The notes: a model not told the origin generated them from the sequence alone. A stretch of DNA of 64,000 nucleotides from Pyrodictiaceae archaeon (GCA_015521735.1 WANQ01000034.1:10201-74200), one strand, 5' to 3'. Positions 28,129 to 36,817 are shown, numbered from the stretch's first letter. Program-made: numbers and translations.

Positions 28129-28515
28129 TTAATACATAACCTCCTTCTTTACATCAACCTCATAACCTAGTTCTTTCAATGACTCAACTATTTTGTCTAC
28201 TGGAACTCTTCTATCAAACACTATAGTTACTAATTTTTCATCTCCCTCCTTTGATAATACTACCCTATCAACAATAATGTTACCCCTAATCATATCATCA
28301 ACTGATTTAGGTGGCGCAAGACTATCTTTGAATTTCTTCTTCATGATCTCATAGAAGACGTCAAAATTAGCTATGTATCTTTGTGCTTCATCAACATCAT
28401 TTGTTCGTTTACCTAGTTTATTAACTATTATGTTTAAGAGCTTCCTAGCCTTATCTGCTGGCAACTTCACATGCCTATACTTTCCCATATCGATTAATAA
28501 CGTTACCTTACTCAT
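28129..28515 (-). CDS. Hypothetical protein (128 aa)
   Basis: ORF divergent from PCNA. No motif recognised. Confidence 0.5.
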   Translation of the reverse strand: MSKVTLLIDMGKYRHVKLPADKARKLLNIIVNKLGKRTNDVDEAQRYIANFDVFYEIMKKKFKDSLAPPKSVDDMIRGNIIVDRVVLSKEGDEKLVTIVFDRRVPVDKIVESLKELGYEVDVKKEVMY

Positions 28516-28571
28516 AATATTCCCCAGGAGAAGATAACAACCTCTAGACTATATGTTTTTAAGAATACAGG

Positions 28572-28579
28572 TATAAAAG
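28572..28579 (+). promoter_or_regulatory. TATA box candidate for PCNA
   Basis: TATAAAAG lies 26-33 nt upstream of ATG 28605, which suggests a short-leader transcript. Confidence 0.45.
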
Positions 28580-28604
28580 AGCATGTATGGTAGGAGAGGT
28601 AGCT

Positions 28605-29369
28605 ATGGTGTTCCGTGCAGTTTATCCCGCAGCTACAAAGTTTAAGTATATAGCACAAACTATATCAAAAATAGTAGACGAGATACCATTCATAGCAACA
28701 CCCGATGGTTTATTCGTTAAATCCTTAAGTAGTGATAAAACAACAATGATAATTCTTCAAATACCTGTTACAGCATTCGAAGAATATCAATGCGACGAAG
28801 ACAAGGTGACATTCATAGTGAATGCAGACGAGTTCTCAAGAATAAGCAAGAGAGGAACTAGAAACGACTTAGTTGAATTAGAACTAGAAAAAGAAAACAG
28901 AAGACTAAGATTAGGATTCATTGATAAAAAGACAGGAGTTACGAGAACGTTTTACCTAGAGTTAAGGGAAGGCGTAGTAGAAGACCTTGGAGAACCAAAT
29001 GTAGAATTGCCTATAATTGCTAGAATGCTTACTGACACCTTTAAAAACGCCTTACGCGACGCTAAGATAGTGGATGAGGAAGTAGAAATCGTAGCTGAAG
29101 GCGAAGAAAAACTAATAATAAGGAGTATAACACCACAACGCGAATACCATAATATTATGGAAAGAGATAAGGCATTAATATCCTTTAGGTCAAGTGTTGA
29201 TAAGGCACGAGCAAGATACAGTTTAGAGCTCTTGGAAGCAACGCTAAAGGCTACAACAGCTGCTGAAGCATTAACACTAGAATTTGGTGAAGGATTACCA
29301 CTTAAATTAACATTTGATTTACCTGGAGGTAGTACTCTAACATACTGGATAGCACCTAGAACGGGGTAA
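28605..29369 (+). CDS. pcn: DNA polymerase sliding clamp PCNA
   Basis: MVFRAVYPAATKFKYIAQTISKIVDEIPFIATPDGLFVKSLSSDKTTMIILQIP, about 250 aa. ATG 28605 is preceded by GGAGAGGT; the ORF is open from 28587. Confidence 0.9.
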   Translation: MVFRAVYPAATKFKYIAQTISKIVDEIPFIATPDGLFVKSLSSDKTTMIILQIPVTAFEEYQCDEDKVTFIVNADEFSRISKRGTRNDLVELELEKENRRLRLGFIDKKTGVTRTFYLELREGVVEDLGEPNVELPIIARMLTDTFKNALRDAKIVDEEVEIVAEGEEKLIIRSITPQREYHNIMERDKALISFRSSVDKARARYSLELLEATLKATTAAEALTLEFGEGLPLKLTFDLPGGSTLTYWIAPRTG

Positions 29370-29409
29370 AAGCTTGAACCAATGCATAACGTAACCAAAG
29401 ACACTAGTT

Positions 29410-29664
29410 CTATTTCTTTTCAAGCCTCTTAAGCAGATCCATTAAAACCTTCTCAACTCTCTCCTCCTTTCTCGAAATGGCTTCCATAGCCTTTACTTTA
29501 GCCTTAAGCTTAGGAAACCAGACAGGTGTTCTACACAAGTTTTCCCTATACATACAAATCAACACACAACAATGAGGACATACGTTTAGACCTGGTGTAA
29601 GCGTGCACTCACTAACTATGATATACTTACCACAGATATCACATCTTGACCAATAAATAACCAT
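29410..29664 (-). CDS. Cys-rich zinc-binding small protein (84 aa)
   Basis: CDICGK...CPHCC...C pattern followed by a Lys/Glu-rich helix. An AT-rich TATA-like stretch lies immediately upstream, so the transcript is probably leaderless. Confidence 0.5.
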   Translation of the reverse strand: MVIYWSRCDICGKYIIVSECTLTPGLNVCPHCCVLICMYRENLCRTPVWFPKLKAKVKAMEAISRKEERVEKVLMDLLKRLEKK

Positions 29665-29716
29665 GTTCTCAAACCCTTAAAAATTAATTACCAAGTATAA
29701 GGATAAAATACGTAAC

Positions 29717-29795
29717 GGCGTCCGATGAAAGGTGGCAATCGCGGCGGGGTACAACATGTCTTTTAGCCCCGCATGGTAGGCTACTCGAGGGCGCC
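29717..29795 (+). ncRNA. GC-rich structured sRNA candidate, atypical box C/D-like (K-turn next to a terminal stem; internal hairpin in place of C'/D')
   Basis: 7-bp terminal stem GGCGUCC/GGGCGCC. GAUGA directly follows the 5' arm and UCGA directly precedes the 3' arm. Inner hairpin GCGGGG-17 nt-CCCCGC is flanked by 12-15-nt single strands. It is a GC island in an AT-rich spacer. Confidence 0.35.
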
Positions 29796-29813
29796 GCATC
29801 ACTAGTTAATGAA

Positions 29814-30590
29814 TTACCTTACCTCTAATCCTTGCCTTTTATTTTTATTAAGGAAATCTTTAAAGTCTAATGCATCGTCCCGCATGTATATGTTATTGAA
29901 CATGACATAACATTCATCAACTAGTTCACTTAATTCAACTAATAGCTTAAACAACGTTTCAAAATCTTTAATGGTGTATTTATACTTATAGTTTACTTCA
30001 CCCTTACCTATACCATGTAGTCTAAAATAACATACCCTTTTACTAGTGTTTATTATCGGCTTCACTTTAAACGGGTCAACTACATGAATAATGCCAGTAG
30101 AGTAAACAATGTTTTCAACTTTATCTAAGTGCTTACTCCACGTTCCCCTAGGCTCCCATCCAAAAATATACTCGCTATACATTGATGTTGCTTGCTTAAA
30201 GAACTCTAATATGTTCTTGTAATTACTTTCACTGTATCCTAGAGAAGGCGGCGTTTGAAATATTATTACTTTAGATTCGAGTATCCTAGCTATCTGCATA
30301 AATTCTTCAAGAGCCTTGAAATTCTCCTTTGTCGGCTTCAATAATCCATATTTATCTGAATTAATATTTATGCCAGCTTTCTTCCAAGTAGGACTTTTAG
30401 GGCTATGAGTTAAAACCTGCCAAGCCTTTAATGTAAATTCAAACCATGATGGTGCTTCCTCACGCCATTTCCTCACAGTCTCTAATTGCGGTAACTTATA
30501 GAATGTTTGCTGAACCTCTACTACATTAAACACTTCATAGTACTTACGCCTAGACATAGGAAAACCACAACATCCTATTTTAACAATCAT
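29814..30590 (-). CDS. DUF72 (UPF0759) family protein
   Basis: VKIGCCGFP...YYEVFNVVEVQQTFYKLP is the N-terminal pattern typical of DUF72. 258 aa. Confidence 0.7.
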   Translation of the reverse strand: MIVKIGCCGFPMSRRKYYEVFNVVEVQQTFYKLPQLETVRKWREEAPSWFEFTLKAWQVLTHSPKSPTWKKAGININSDKYGLLKPTKENFKALEEFMQIARILESKVIIFQTPPSLGYSESNYKNILEFFKQATSMYSEYIFGWEPRGTWSKHLDKVENIVYSTGIIHVVDPFKVKPIINTSKRVCYFRLHGIGKGEVNYKYKYTIKDFETLFKLLVELSELVDECYVMFNNIYMRDDALDFKDFLNKNKRQGLEVR

Positions 30591-30596
30591 TAAGGA

Positions 30597-31292
30597 CTAC
30601 ACCCATAATGGTTTCTCACGGATTACTTGCTTTAAAAACTCTATTATCCTTTGCTTTAACCATATACACTTATATGAAGAGCACATGACATTGACATTGT
30701 ATTCCTCAACTATCTTAATTGTTTTTTCAATACTTTTACGATGTTCTGCTTCACAGCTACCCCATTTATGTGATAGAATATTCGATGTTAGATCTGATAC
30801 GAATAGTATTGATAGAGAAGGAATTAACACTATCATGAATCCCTTAGTATGACCTGGAGCATGTATTAAGATAAGCTCTCCCTCCTCTACCTCATATACT
30901 TCTCTATTATACGGAATACTTACCGAGGGAATTATAGGATTAATAAACTTAGCGTATTCACGTGGTACTCCTAATTTATCATAATCAAGACTCCGCATAT
31001 AATAAGCATCTGGTTCATGCGCAATTATTAATGTATCAACGCTATTGAATAGATAAGCTCCACTAGCTGCATGAAAATGCGCGTGTGTTAGTATAACATA
31101 CTTTATATCATTGACCTTCACATTCATTTCCATTAAATTAAGAAGAATAGCATTTACACCTAACACTGAACCAGAGTCTATTAGTATATAAAAATTTTTT
31201 AAATGAACCAAGTAGACGTTAGTGTCCACTAGATGTGAAAGCTGGGGCCCCCCAACTACATATACGCCCGGTTTTACTGTTATTACTGGCAT
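30597..31292 (-). CDS. Metallo-beta-lactamase-fold hydrolase with a non-canonical metal motif
   Basis: ILTHAHFHAASG replaces the canonical HxHxDH. A downstream HAPGHTKGF follows. 231 aa. Confidence 0.7.
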   Translation of the reverse strand: MPVITVKPGVYVVGGPQLSHLVDTNVYLVHLKNFYILIDSGSVLGVNAILLNLMEMNVKVNDIKYVILTHAHFHAASGAYLFNSVDTLIIAHEPDAYYMRSLDYDKLGVPREYAKFINPIIPSVSIPYNREVYEVEEGELILIHAPGHTKGFMIVLIPSLSILFVSDLTSNILSHKWGSCEAEHRKSIEKTIKIVEEYNVNVMCSSYKCIWLKQRIIEFLKQVIREKPLWV

Positions 31293-31296
31293 TCCG

Positions 31297-31713
31297 TTAA
31301 ACTGATCTCTGCAACTGCCTTATATTTACTAATTTTACATTTGATAACTTAGATAATTCTATCTTCAACTTATCTGGTTCTAGCGAAGACTTTGACATAT
31401 CAGCTATCAATGTACACTCAGCTGTTTCACCCCTCCTAACTGTAGTACAATGTGTAGCTATTAAGTCAACACCATGTTTAGCCATGAAATCAGTGACTTC
31501 AGCTAACGCGCCCGGAACATCGTTTATTTCAACGTATACTTCGTATAACTTCGTACCCGGAAATACTACAGGTGAAACTATTATCTCACGTCTACTAGTA
31601 TCAGCAATTAAGACCACATACATACCCTCAACTATGTTCAAGGATTCCCTAATAACCATGGGTATGGTTATTCTACCCTTACTGTCAACACGTACAATCT
31701 CAGTTATCCTCAA
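31297..31713 (-). CDS. AbrB/SpoVT-type DNA-binding domain fused to an ACT domain (putative ligand-sensing regulator)
   Basis: N-terminal VRVDSKGRITIPMVIRESL (swapped-hairpin AbrB motif). C-terminal ACT-like YVEINDVPGALAEVTDFMAKHGVDLI. Confidence 0.7.
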   Translation of the reverse strand: MRITEIVRVDSKGRITIPMVIRESLNIVEGMYVVLIADTSRREIIVSPVVFPGTKLYEVYVEINDVPGALAEVTDFMAKHGVDLIATHCTTVRRGETAECTLIADMSKSSLEPDKLKIELSKLSNVKLVNIRQLQRSV

Positions 31714-31788
31714 ACTACCCCCCGTACTCCCACTATGATTTCTAATTAATTAATCTTTCTAAAAACACTACTAGAAGTCTTAATATAT

Positions 31789-31856
31789 TATGGGTCAGAT
31801 TAACATAATATCACATAATCATCTAGATCATATCGTGGTCCGCTCATCATCCCACA
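31789..31856 (-). ncRNA. Box C/D sRNA candidate
   Basis: Minus strand: 6-bp terminal stem UGUGGG/CCCAUA. C AUGAUGA (31850-44), 12 nt, D'-like AUGA, C'-like AUGAUUA, D CUGA (31798-95). Intergenic. Confidence 0.55.
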
Positions 31857-31860
31857 TACT

Positions 31861-32589
31861 TTAAGGTATGAGCTTCCTGAAATCAACTATGTTGTTAACC
31901 TCATTTGCATCTATTTTAGAAAACAATGTTATGTAAACACTTGCATTTATTTTAGCCTTTTCTAACCCTACTACTAAAGCTTTCACCTCACCAACACTTT
32001 TGACTACATCCCATATAATTATGGCATCTTCTCTCTTTCTTCCATGTCTTTTAGGAATAAAGAATGCCTTTACTTCACCTAGTTCGTCATGGACTTTCTC
32101 AACTATGTAATCACTTGTTAGAGGTTTATTTTCGGAAACAATTACTATTGGTTTATCTAGAATAAATGATAGAGCTGTTGCTAAGCTTAATATAGGTGAA
32201 TCTCTTGTAACAATTAACGTTATTCTTCTACCAACTATATCTAAGTACAACTTACTAGCAATAACCTTAAGTAGAGAAGGCTCTAGCAAAACACTTAGCC
32301 AATCCTGCTTTGACTTAAACATTTTCTCAATGTATTCAAATATGCTTATTTTAGACGATATATTCTCCCATATGCTCTTAGCCTGCTCAATACTTGGTAT
32401 CATAGATCCTTTTATGTATCTACATAGCGTCGTCTCATTTACTCCTGTTATCTTAGACAGTTCCTTATAGGAGAACTGGTTTTTAAGGAATCTTAGAATC
32501 TCTACTATTGCTAAACGATATCTTACATCAACTATTTTACCACGCTCTTCCCCTAATATAATTGATGACACAGTATTGTCCCTCTGCAA
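31861..32589 (-). CDS. HTH (XRE-like) domain fused to a phosphoribosyltransferase-like domain; putative regulator
   Basis: ELSKITGVNETTLCRYIKGSMIPSIEQAKSI HTH. C-terminal PRTase-like fold with a degenerate PRPP loop (DAIIIWDVVKSVGEV). TTG or GTG start. Confidence 0.55.
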   Translation of the reverse strand: MQRDNTVSSIILGEERGKIVDVRYRLAIVEILRFLKNQFSYKELSKITGVNETTLCRYIKGSMIPSIEQAKSIWENISSKISIFEYIEKMFKSKQDWLSVLLEPSLLKVIASKLYLDIVGRRITLIVTRDSPILSLATALSFILDKPIVIVSENKPLTSDYIVEKVHDELGEVKAFFIPKRHGRKREDAIIIWDVVKSVGEVKALVVGLEKAKINASVYITLFSKIDANEVNNIVDFRKLIP

Positions 32590-32596
32590 TCATTCT

Positions 32597-32658
32597 TCAG
32601 TAATGCGGGAAAGTCATCACATTGGCTTAACACTTTCAGTCCCGAGTACCTTCATCAC
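32597..32658 (-). ncRNA. Box C/D sRNA (all four boxes canonical)
   Basis: Minus strand: C GUGAUGA (32658-52), 12 nt AGGUACUCGGGA, D' CUGA, 15-nt linker, C' GUGAUGA, 13 nt CUUUCCCGCAUUA, D CUGA (32600-597). Confidence 0.8.
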
Positions 32659-32740
32659 AGCTACCATGAATATCTATAACCCTTTAATAAGTAAATATGT
32701 TTTACGAGGGGATGATTAAGGTCTTAAGAGCTGATACATA

Positions 32741-33193
32741 ATGAAGAAAAACCCACGCACTGACCCACATACTGGTTACGATGAATTACTAGGCTTACTA
32801 GGCAAGTACGGTTTATCTCGTATTGATGGTTCATGGTGTATGGAATTATTAAAAGAAACCGGCTACACCACTATAGTGTTCAATATCAATTGCATTACAC
32901 ATAACATTCTTACCGTATCCTTATTAGTTAATATTAATCCTTACTTAGAAGGAATCAACTCAGTAATACTACGTCTACCAAATAATGAGTTTACTTACGA
33001 TGAAATACTTCTATTTAAAGACGTCTTAGGTAACGGCGTTTCAGCCATTACTATTGGGTTAAAGTATACTGAAATAGAGGTAAATCTTAAAGAGGATATT
33101 AATGTTATAGACAAAATCCTTAGAACTATAACTAAGGTAAAGAAGTGCTCAAACACTTTAATAAGCTGTGATATACTAATGGAGGAATCATAG
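32741..33193 (+). CDS. Hypothetical protein (150 aa), co-operonic with XPB
   Basis: Its stop lies 3 nt before the XPB ATG. No motif recognised. Confidence 0.5.
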   Translation: MKKNPRTDPHTGYDELLGLLGKYGLSRIDGSWCMELLKETGYTTIVFNINCITHNILTVSLLVNINPYLEGINSVILRLPNNEFTYDEILLFKDVLGNGVSAITIGLKYTEIEVNLKEDINVIDKILRTITKVKKCSNTLISCDILMEES

Positions 33194-33196
33194 CAA

Positions 33197-34855
33197 ATGT
33201 CAGAAAAAACACCAGTATTTAGGGTTAAGAAGTGGCTTGACAAAGAAGATTATGAGGAACTACTTAAAATAAGCGATTACATTGGTAGAAGATATGGTTA
33301 TTCTGTATTCAGAATAAATGTGAATAAAATACTAAGAAACAACTTGACATTGCAAGACGTAAAAGCCTTATTAGAGAATGTTAACGCTGAGATAGATAAA
33401 AGAGATTTAATGTACTTAGAAGCTGTACTCAAAAGACAGCGAAGCGTAGAATTATTCTGGGATGGAGTAAATGTCGTTATGAAACCAAATTTCTACTTGG
33501 GATCAATATATGATAGTATAAGGGGAATGGTAGAATACGACCCAAAGAGAAAACTATTCAAAGTAAAACCAATGTATTACTTCGATTTAATACGCGAACT
33601 AGAAAAACTAGGCGTATATGTGGTTAATAGAACTAATTTAAAAGACACGTATCCATTAAGCTTCAATATAGAATTAAAGGTAACTTTAAGACCATACCAA
33701 GAGGAAGCTGTAAATGCTTGGCTCAAAAATAGGAAGGGCATAATAGCTCTACCAACTGGTGCTGGAAAAACAGTAATAGCTTTAGCCATAATAGCTAAAC
33801 TACGCGAAAAAACATTGATCGTGACCTATACTAAAGACCAGATGATGCAGTGGCGTGAAATGCTTCTCAAATATACAACTATAACCCTCGATAAAATAGG
33901 ATTATATTATGGTGATGTTAAAAAACTAGCTCCTATAACCATAACAACATATCAGACCGCCTACAAGCACATAAACAGACTTTCACCATTCTTCTCATTA
34001 CTAGTGATAGACGAAGTACACCATTTACCGGCAGAAAAGTTCAGATATATAGCATTTAACTCCTTTGCATTACATAGATTAGGTCTCTCCGCGACAGTCA
34101 TAAGAGAAGACGGTAAACATGAAGAACTATTTCCATTAATGGGCGGAATAGTGTACTGGAAAACAGCTAATGAACTAGTTGAGGAAGGATACTTAGCCCC
34201 ATTTAGAATCAAACCAGTATACGTAGAACTAACCATTGATGAGAAAAAGAAGTTAAGGGAATTAATTAAGTTGTACAAACTATTCGCTAAAGGTAGAAGC
34301 TTTAATGACCTATTAAAGCACGCAAGATTCGGCGACGAAGATGCCCAGAGAGCCTTAAGCATACATAGCCGCATACGACAACTAATACACAATGCTCAAA
34401 ACAAGTTAAAGGCAATAAGAGATATAGTTGAGAAAGAACTAGAAAAAGGATCAAAGATAATAATATTCACCCAATATATTGGACAAGCAGAAAGAATAGC
34501 TAAGGAAATACAAGGATTATTACTAACAGGGAAAATGGATGCTAAAGAAAGAAACGAGGTAATCAACAAGTTTAGATCAATAAGAAAAGGCGTATTAGTA
34601 GTAACAACTGTAGGTGATGAAGGAATAGACATACCCGATGCCAATGTGGGCATTATAGCTGCAGGTACAGGATCACGAAGACAATTTATACAAAGACTAG
34701 GAAGACTTCTAAGAATGAAGAATGGTAAAGAAGCAATACTCTACGAAATAATTGTTAAGGGAACTAGCGAGGAAATTCAATCAAGGAAGAGGAAGAGCCT
34801 TAGCCTAGACGGTCTCACGGAAGCGGAGCTCAGCGAGGTCGATGTTCTTCATTAA
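33197..34855 (+). CDS. xpb: XPB/Rad25-type SF2 DNA helicase/translocase
   Basis: Walker A ALPTGAGKT, DEVHHL, the XPB-specific RED motif (VIREDGK), and the helicase C-terminal VGDEGIDIP...QRLGRLLR. Confidence 0.88.
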   Translation: MSEKTPVFRVKKWLDKEDYEELLKISDYIGRRYGYSVFRINVNKILRNNLTLQDVKALLENVNAEIDKRDLMYLEAVLKRQRSVELFWDGVNVVMKPNFYLGSIYDSIRGMVEYDPKRKLFKVKPMYYFDLIRELEKLGVYVVNRTNLKDTYPLSFNIELKVTLRPYQEEAVNAWLKNRKGIIALPTGAGKTVIALAIIAKLREKTLIVTYTKDQMMQWREMLLKYTTITLDKIGLYYGDVKKLAPITITTYQTAYKHINRLSPFFSLLVIDEVHHLPAEKFRYIAFNSFALHRLGLSATVIREDGKHEELFPLMGGIVYWKTANELVEEGYLAPFRIKPVYVELTIDEKKKLRELIKLYKLFAKGRSFNDLLKHARFGDEDAQRALSIHSRIRQLIHNAQNKLKAIRDIVEKELEKGSKIIIFTQYIGQAERIAKEIQGLLLTGKMDAKERNEVINKFRSIRKGVLVVTTVGDEGIDIPDANVGIIAAGTGSRRQFIQRLGRLLRMKNGKEAILYEIIVKGTSEEIQSRKRKSLSLDGLTEAELSEVDVLH

Positions 34856-35455
34856 TCATGTTAGGGTAGCATCATCATTACTCCAAAATTTATACCATAT
34901 ACCAAACCTATAAACATTAAGATCATGAATACTTCTCAATAAATAACTAAGTACTATATCGCACAACTTTTTGTCAAGTTTAATAATATTTTCACCACTA
35001 CTGCATAGCGGAATATCAATATTAATTGGTGAAACAATTTCTACCACTACTCCACTATCGCTAATAGACTTTAAAGCAATATTTTTCACACCTAAAGTAG
35101 GAAACAACTTAACTATATGACTTAACTTCTCCACACTACTAAGGTAAAGGTCTAGTATAAAACCTCTGATACGTAAAAATAATACACTACCACATTGCCT
35201 ACAATAATTCTCAATTAAGGCTAATAAGTCATCGCAACTAAGCAACTTATGTATAGCATAACGCTTAGCATGAACCTTCACTTCATAGCCTATAGAAGTA
35301 CATATAAATGATATCCTACCACTACAAGACGATAAGGAACATACACTTGTATCAAAACTATTTACGCTAAGTAAAATATCAATTAATAATTCATCCACTA
35401 CTCCTTCTCTTAGATCTCTAAATAATCTCCTAAGAGCGTTAACACATTTGCTCAA
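34856..35455 (-). CDS. taw3: tRNA wyosine-derivative methyltransferase Taw3 (TYW3 family)
   Basis: 199 aa with the family signature (S/T)xSSCxGR, seen here as SLSSCSGRI, preceded by VDELLIDILLSVN. Confidence 0.7.
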   Translation of the reverse strand: MSKCVNALRRLFRDLREGVVDELLIDILLSVNSFDTSVCSLSSCSGRISFICTSIGYEVKVHAKRYAIHKLLSCDDLLALIENYCRQCGSVLFLRIRGFILDLYLSSVEKLSHIVKLFPTLGVKNIALKSISDSGVVVEIVSPINIDIPLCSSGENIIKLDKKLCDIVLSYLLRSIHDLNVYRFGIWYKFWSNDDATLT

Positions 35456-35460
35456 GAAGT

Positions 35461-36258
35461 TTATCCCTTAACATTACTAATTAAATACAATACACTTTTA
35501 ATAACAATCACGTCCATAACATTCTTAAGATTACCAGTAGGATAACTTGATAAAGGTATCACTATGACGGGTTCTACTACATGCTTTAGGATAATAGGTA
35601 AAGAATCTATAGTAAGTAATGACTTAAACGGTGACTTATCTAATGAATTCAGATTAACTGCATAAACACTAATACACGCATCATAGAGCTCATTACATAC
35701 CTCATATACCATGAAATTATTCTTGTCACGACAATAGAATTTACCACAAACATGCTTAATCGTTAATTCCCCGCTTTGTAAACCATAGCCTATCATTAAG
35801 TTTCTACATAAGCTACCTATACATAAACAAGGCTTACTAAGATCCTTGAAAAAACTAGTACCAGGCTCCACATTAATAATTAATGAATACTTATTCTCGA
35901 GTAGATTCCTAATATAGTTAATATCAGTATAGACGTATAGCTGTTTTCTGAGAGGAATCAATATTTTTGCCCAGAAAGGTTCAACTACTATATAGGGCTT
36001 CATTCCCAAGTTCTCTATTACATATTTCAGTAGATACTCGTTATACGTAACAATACTACCATAACCTAACGTTATGTAAAAGTATTTAGTATTCTTGTAT
36101 AAGCTTACTTTTGATACAACTGGTTCTAGAAGAAAAAATATGTCGGTATGGCCCTCATTAATTAGCTTAAGTATGAAGAGCAATAGATCAATAAACTTGG
36201 TCTTATTCAGTAACATCTCATTACTGATAACATATGCACCACTATTTATCTTAGGCAT
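35461..36258 (-). CDS. Hypothetical protein (265 aa)
   Basis: Long ORF 5 nt upstream of Taw3 on the same strand. No motif recognised. Confidence 0.5.
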   Translation of the reverse strand: MPKINSGAYVISNEMLLNKTKFIDLLLFILKLINEGHTDIFFLLEPVVSKVSLYKNTKYFYITLGYGSIVTYNEYLLKYVIENLGMKPYIVVEPFWAKILIPLRKQLYVYTDINYIRNLLENKYSLIINVEPGTSFFKDLSKPCLCIGSLCRNLMIGYGLQSGELTIKHVCGKFYCRDKNNFMVYEVCNELYDACISVYAVNLNSLDKSPFKSLLTIDSLPIILKHVVEPVIVIPLSSYPTGNLKNVMDVIVIKSVLYLISNVKG

Positions 36259-36286
36259 ATACTTACACCTTCAAAGGGTATGTGGT

Positions 36287-36341
36287 TCAGCAGCCTGGCT
36301 TAAATCATCGGTAATTACTCATATCTTACGAGGTTCATCAT
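36287..36341 (-). ncRNA. Box C/D sRNA candidate
   Basis: Minus strand: C AUGAUGA (36341-35), 12 nt ACCUCGUAAGAU, D'-like AUGA, palindromic linker GUAAUUAC, C' (C)CGAUGA, 13-14 nt, D CUGA (36290-87). GGU/ACC terminal pairs. Confidence 0.6.
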
Positions 36342-36358
36342 TACCTATAAAGTATATT

Positions 36359-36817
36359 ATGACAAGGTTTAATATGTTTACACGATTTGGGATAAGATGC
36401 TTCGGGAATAGTGAAATGAAATGGCGTGAAATGGCTGTATACTTGTACTTACTACAGCTATTCAACAGTAATGAAGTAGACCGCTATGATTTGATATACA
36501 CATTAAACTTATTTGCTAGTAGAAAGACTGTAAGAAGGATAATAAGGAGGTTAAGAAAGCTAGGTTTATTGAAGGAGTATAATGATAAGTATAGGTTGTT
36601 GAGTTTAAAAGAATTCCTAGAGCACATGATTTTACCGTACATGGCTTCTAGGCTTAAAAGAAGACTTAGAAACCTAGATCCTCATGCTAGTGTACAGGTA
36701 CAGAACAGTAAACTAGTTATTCAGTGTAATAGAGAGTGCTTAAACTATGTAAATAGGTATCTTAAACTTATACCTAGTCTTCACCCTCATATATTTCTAC
36801 AAGAATACGAGCCTTAA
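36359..36817 (+). CDS. Winged-helix DNA-binding protein
   Basis: SRKTVRRIIRRLRKLGLLKE wHTH-like. The listed ORF from 36095 overlaps the divergent gene and the sRNA, so the ATG at 36359 (MTRFNMF...) is preferred. Confidence 0.5.
   Translation: MTRFNMFTRFGIRCFGNSEMKWREMAVYLYLLQLFNSNEVDRYDLIYTLNLFASRKTVRRIIRRLRKLGLLKEYNDKYRLLSLKEFLEHMILPYMASRLKRRLRNLDPHASVQVQNSKLVIQCNRECLNYVNRYLKLIPSLHPHIFLQEYEP

Noticed and set aside
29717-29795. tRNA or H/ACA sRNA interpretation of the GC island
   Set aside because: There is no T-arm (GTTCRAATC) or cloverleaf. For an H/ACA RNA, the 3' pocket strand plus lower stem (about 23 nt) is much longer than the ~14-15 nt expected between target site and ACA, and no clean ACA follows the stem.
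32713-32735. Plus-strand AUGAUUA-12 nt-CUGA half-mer just before the 150-aa ORF start
   Set aside because: Only half of a C/D unit is present, and no C/D' pair lies upstream. It is expected by chance in AT-rich sequence.
34856-36258. Idea that the 199-aa and 265-aa ORFs next to XPB (464 aa together) are a split Bax1 nuclease
   Set aside because: The 199-aa ORF carries the TYW3/Taw3 signature SSCSGR, so it is a tRNA methyltransferase. No DUF790-like nuclease motifs were seen in the 265-aa ORF.
36095-36358. N-terminal 88 codons of the listed 240-aa ORF 36095-36817
   Set aside because: This part overlaps the start of the divergent 265-aa gene and runs antisense through a good C/D sRNA candidate. 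An internal ATG at 36359 gives a compact wHTH protein.
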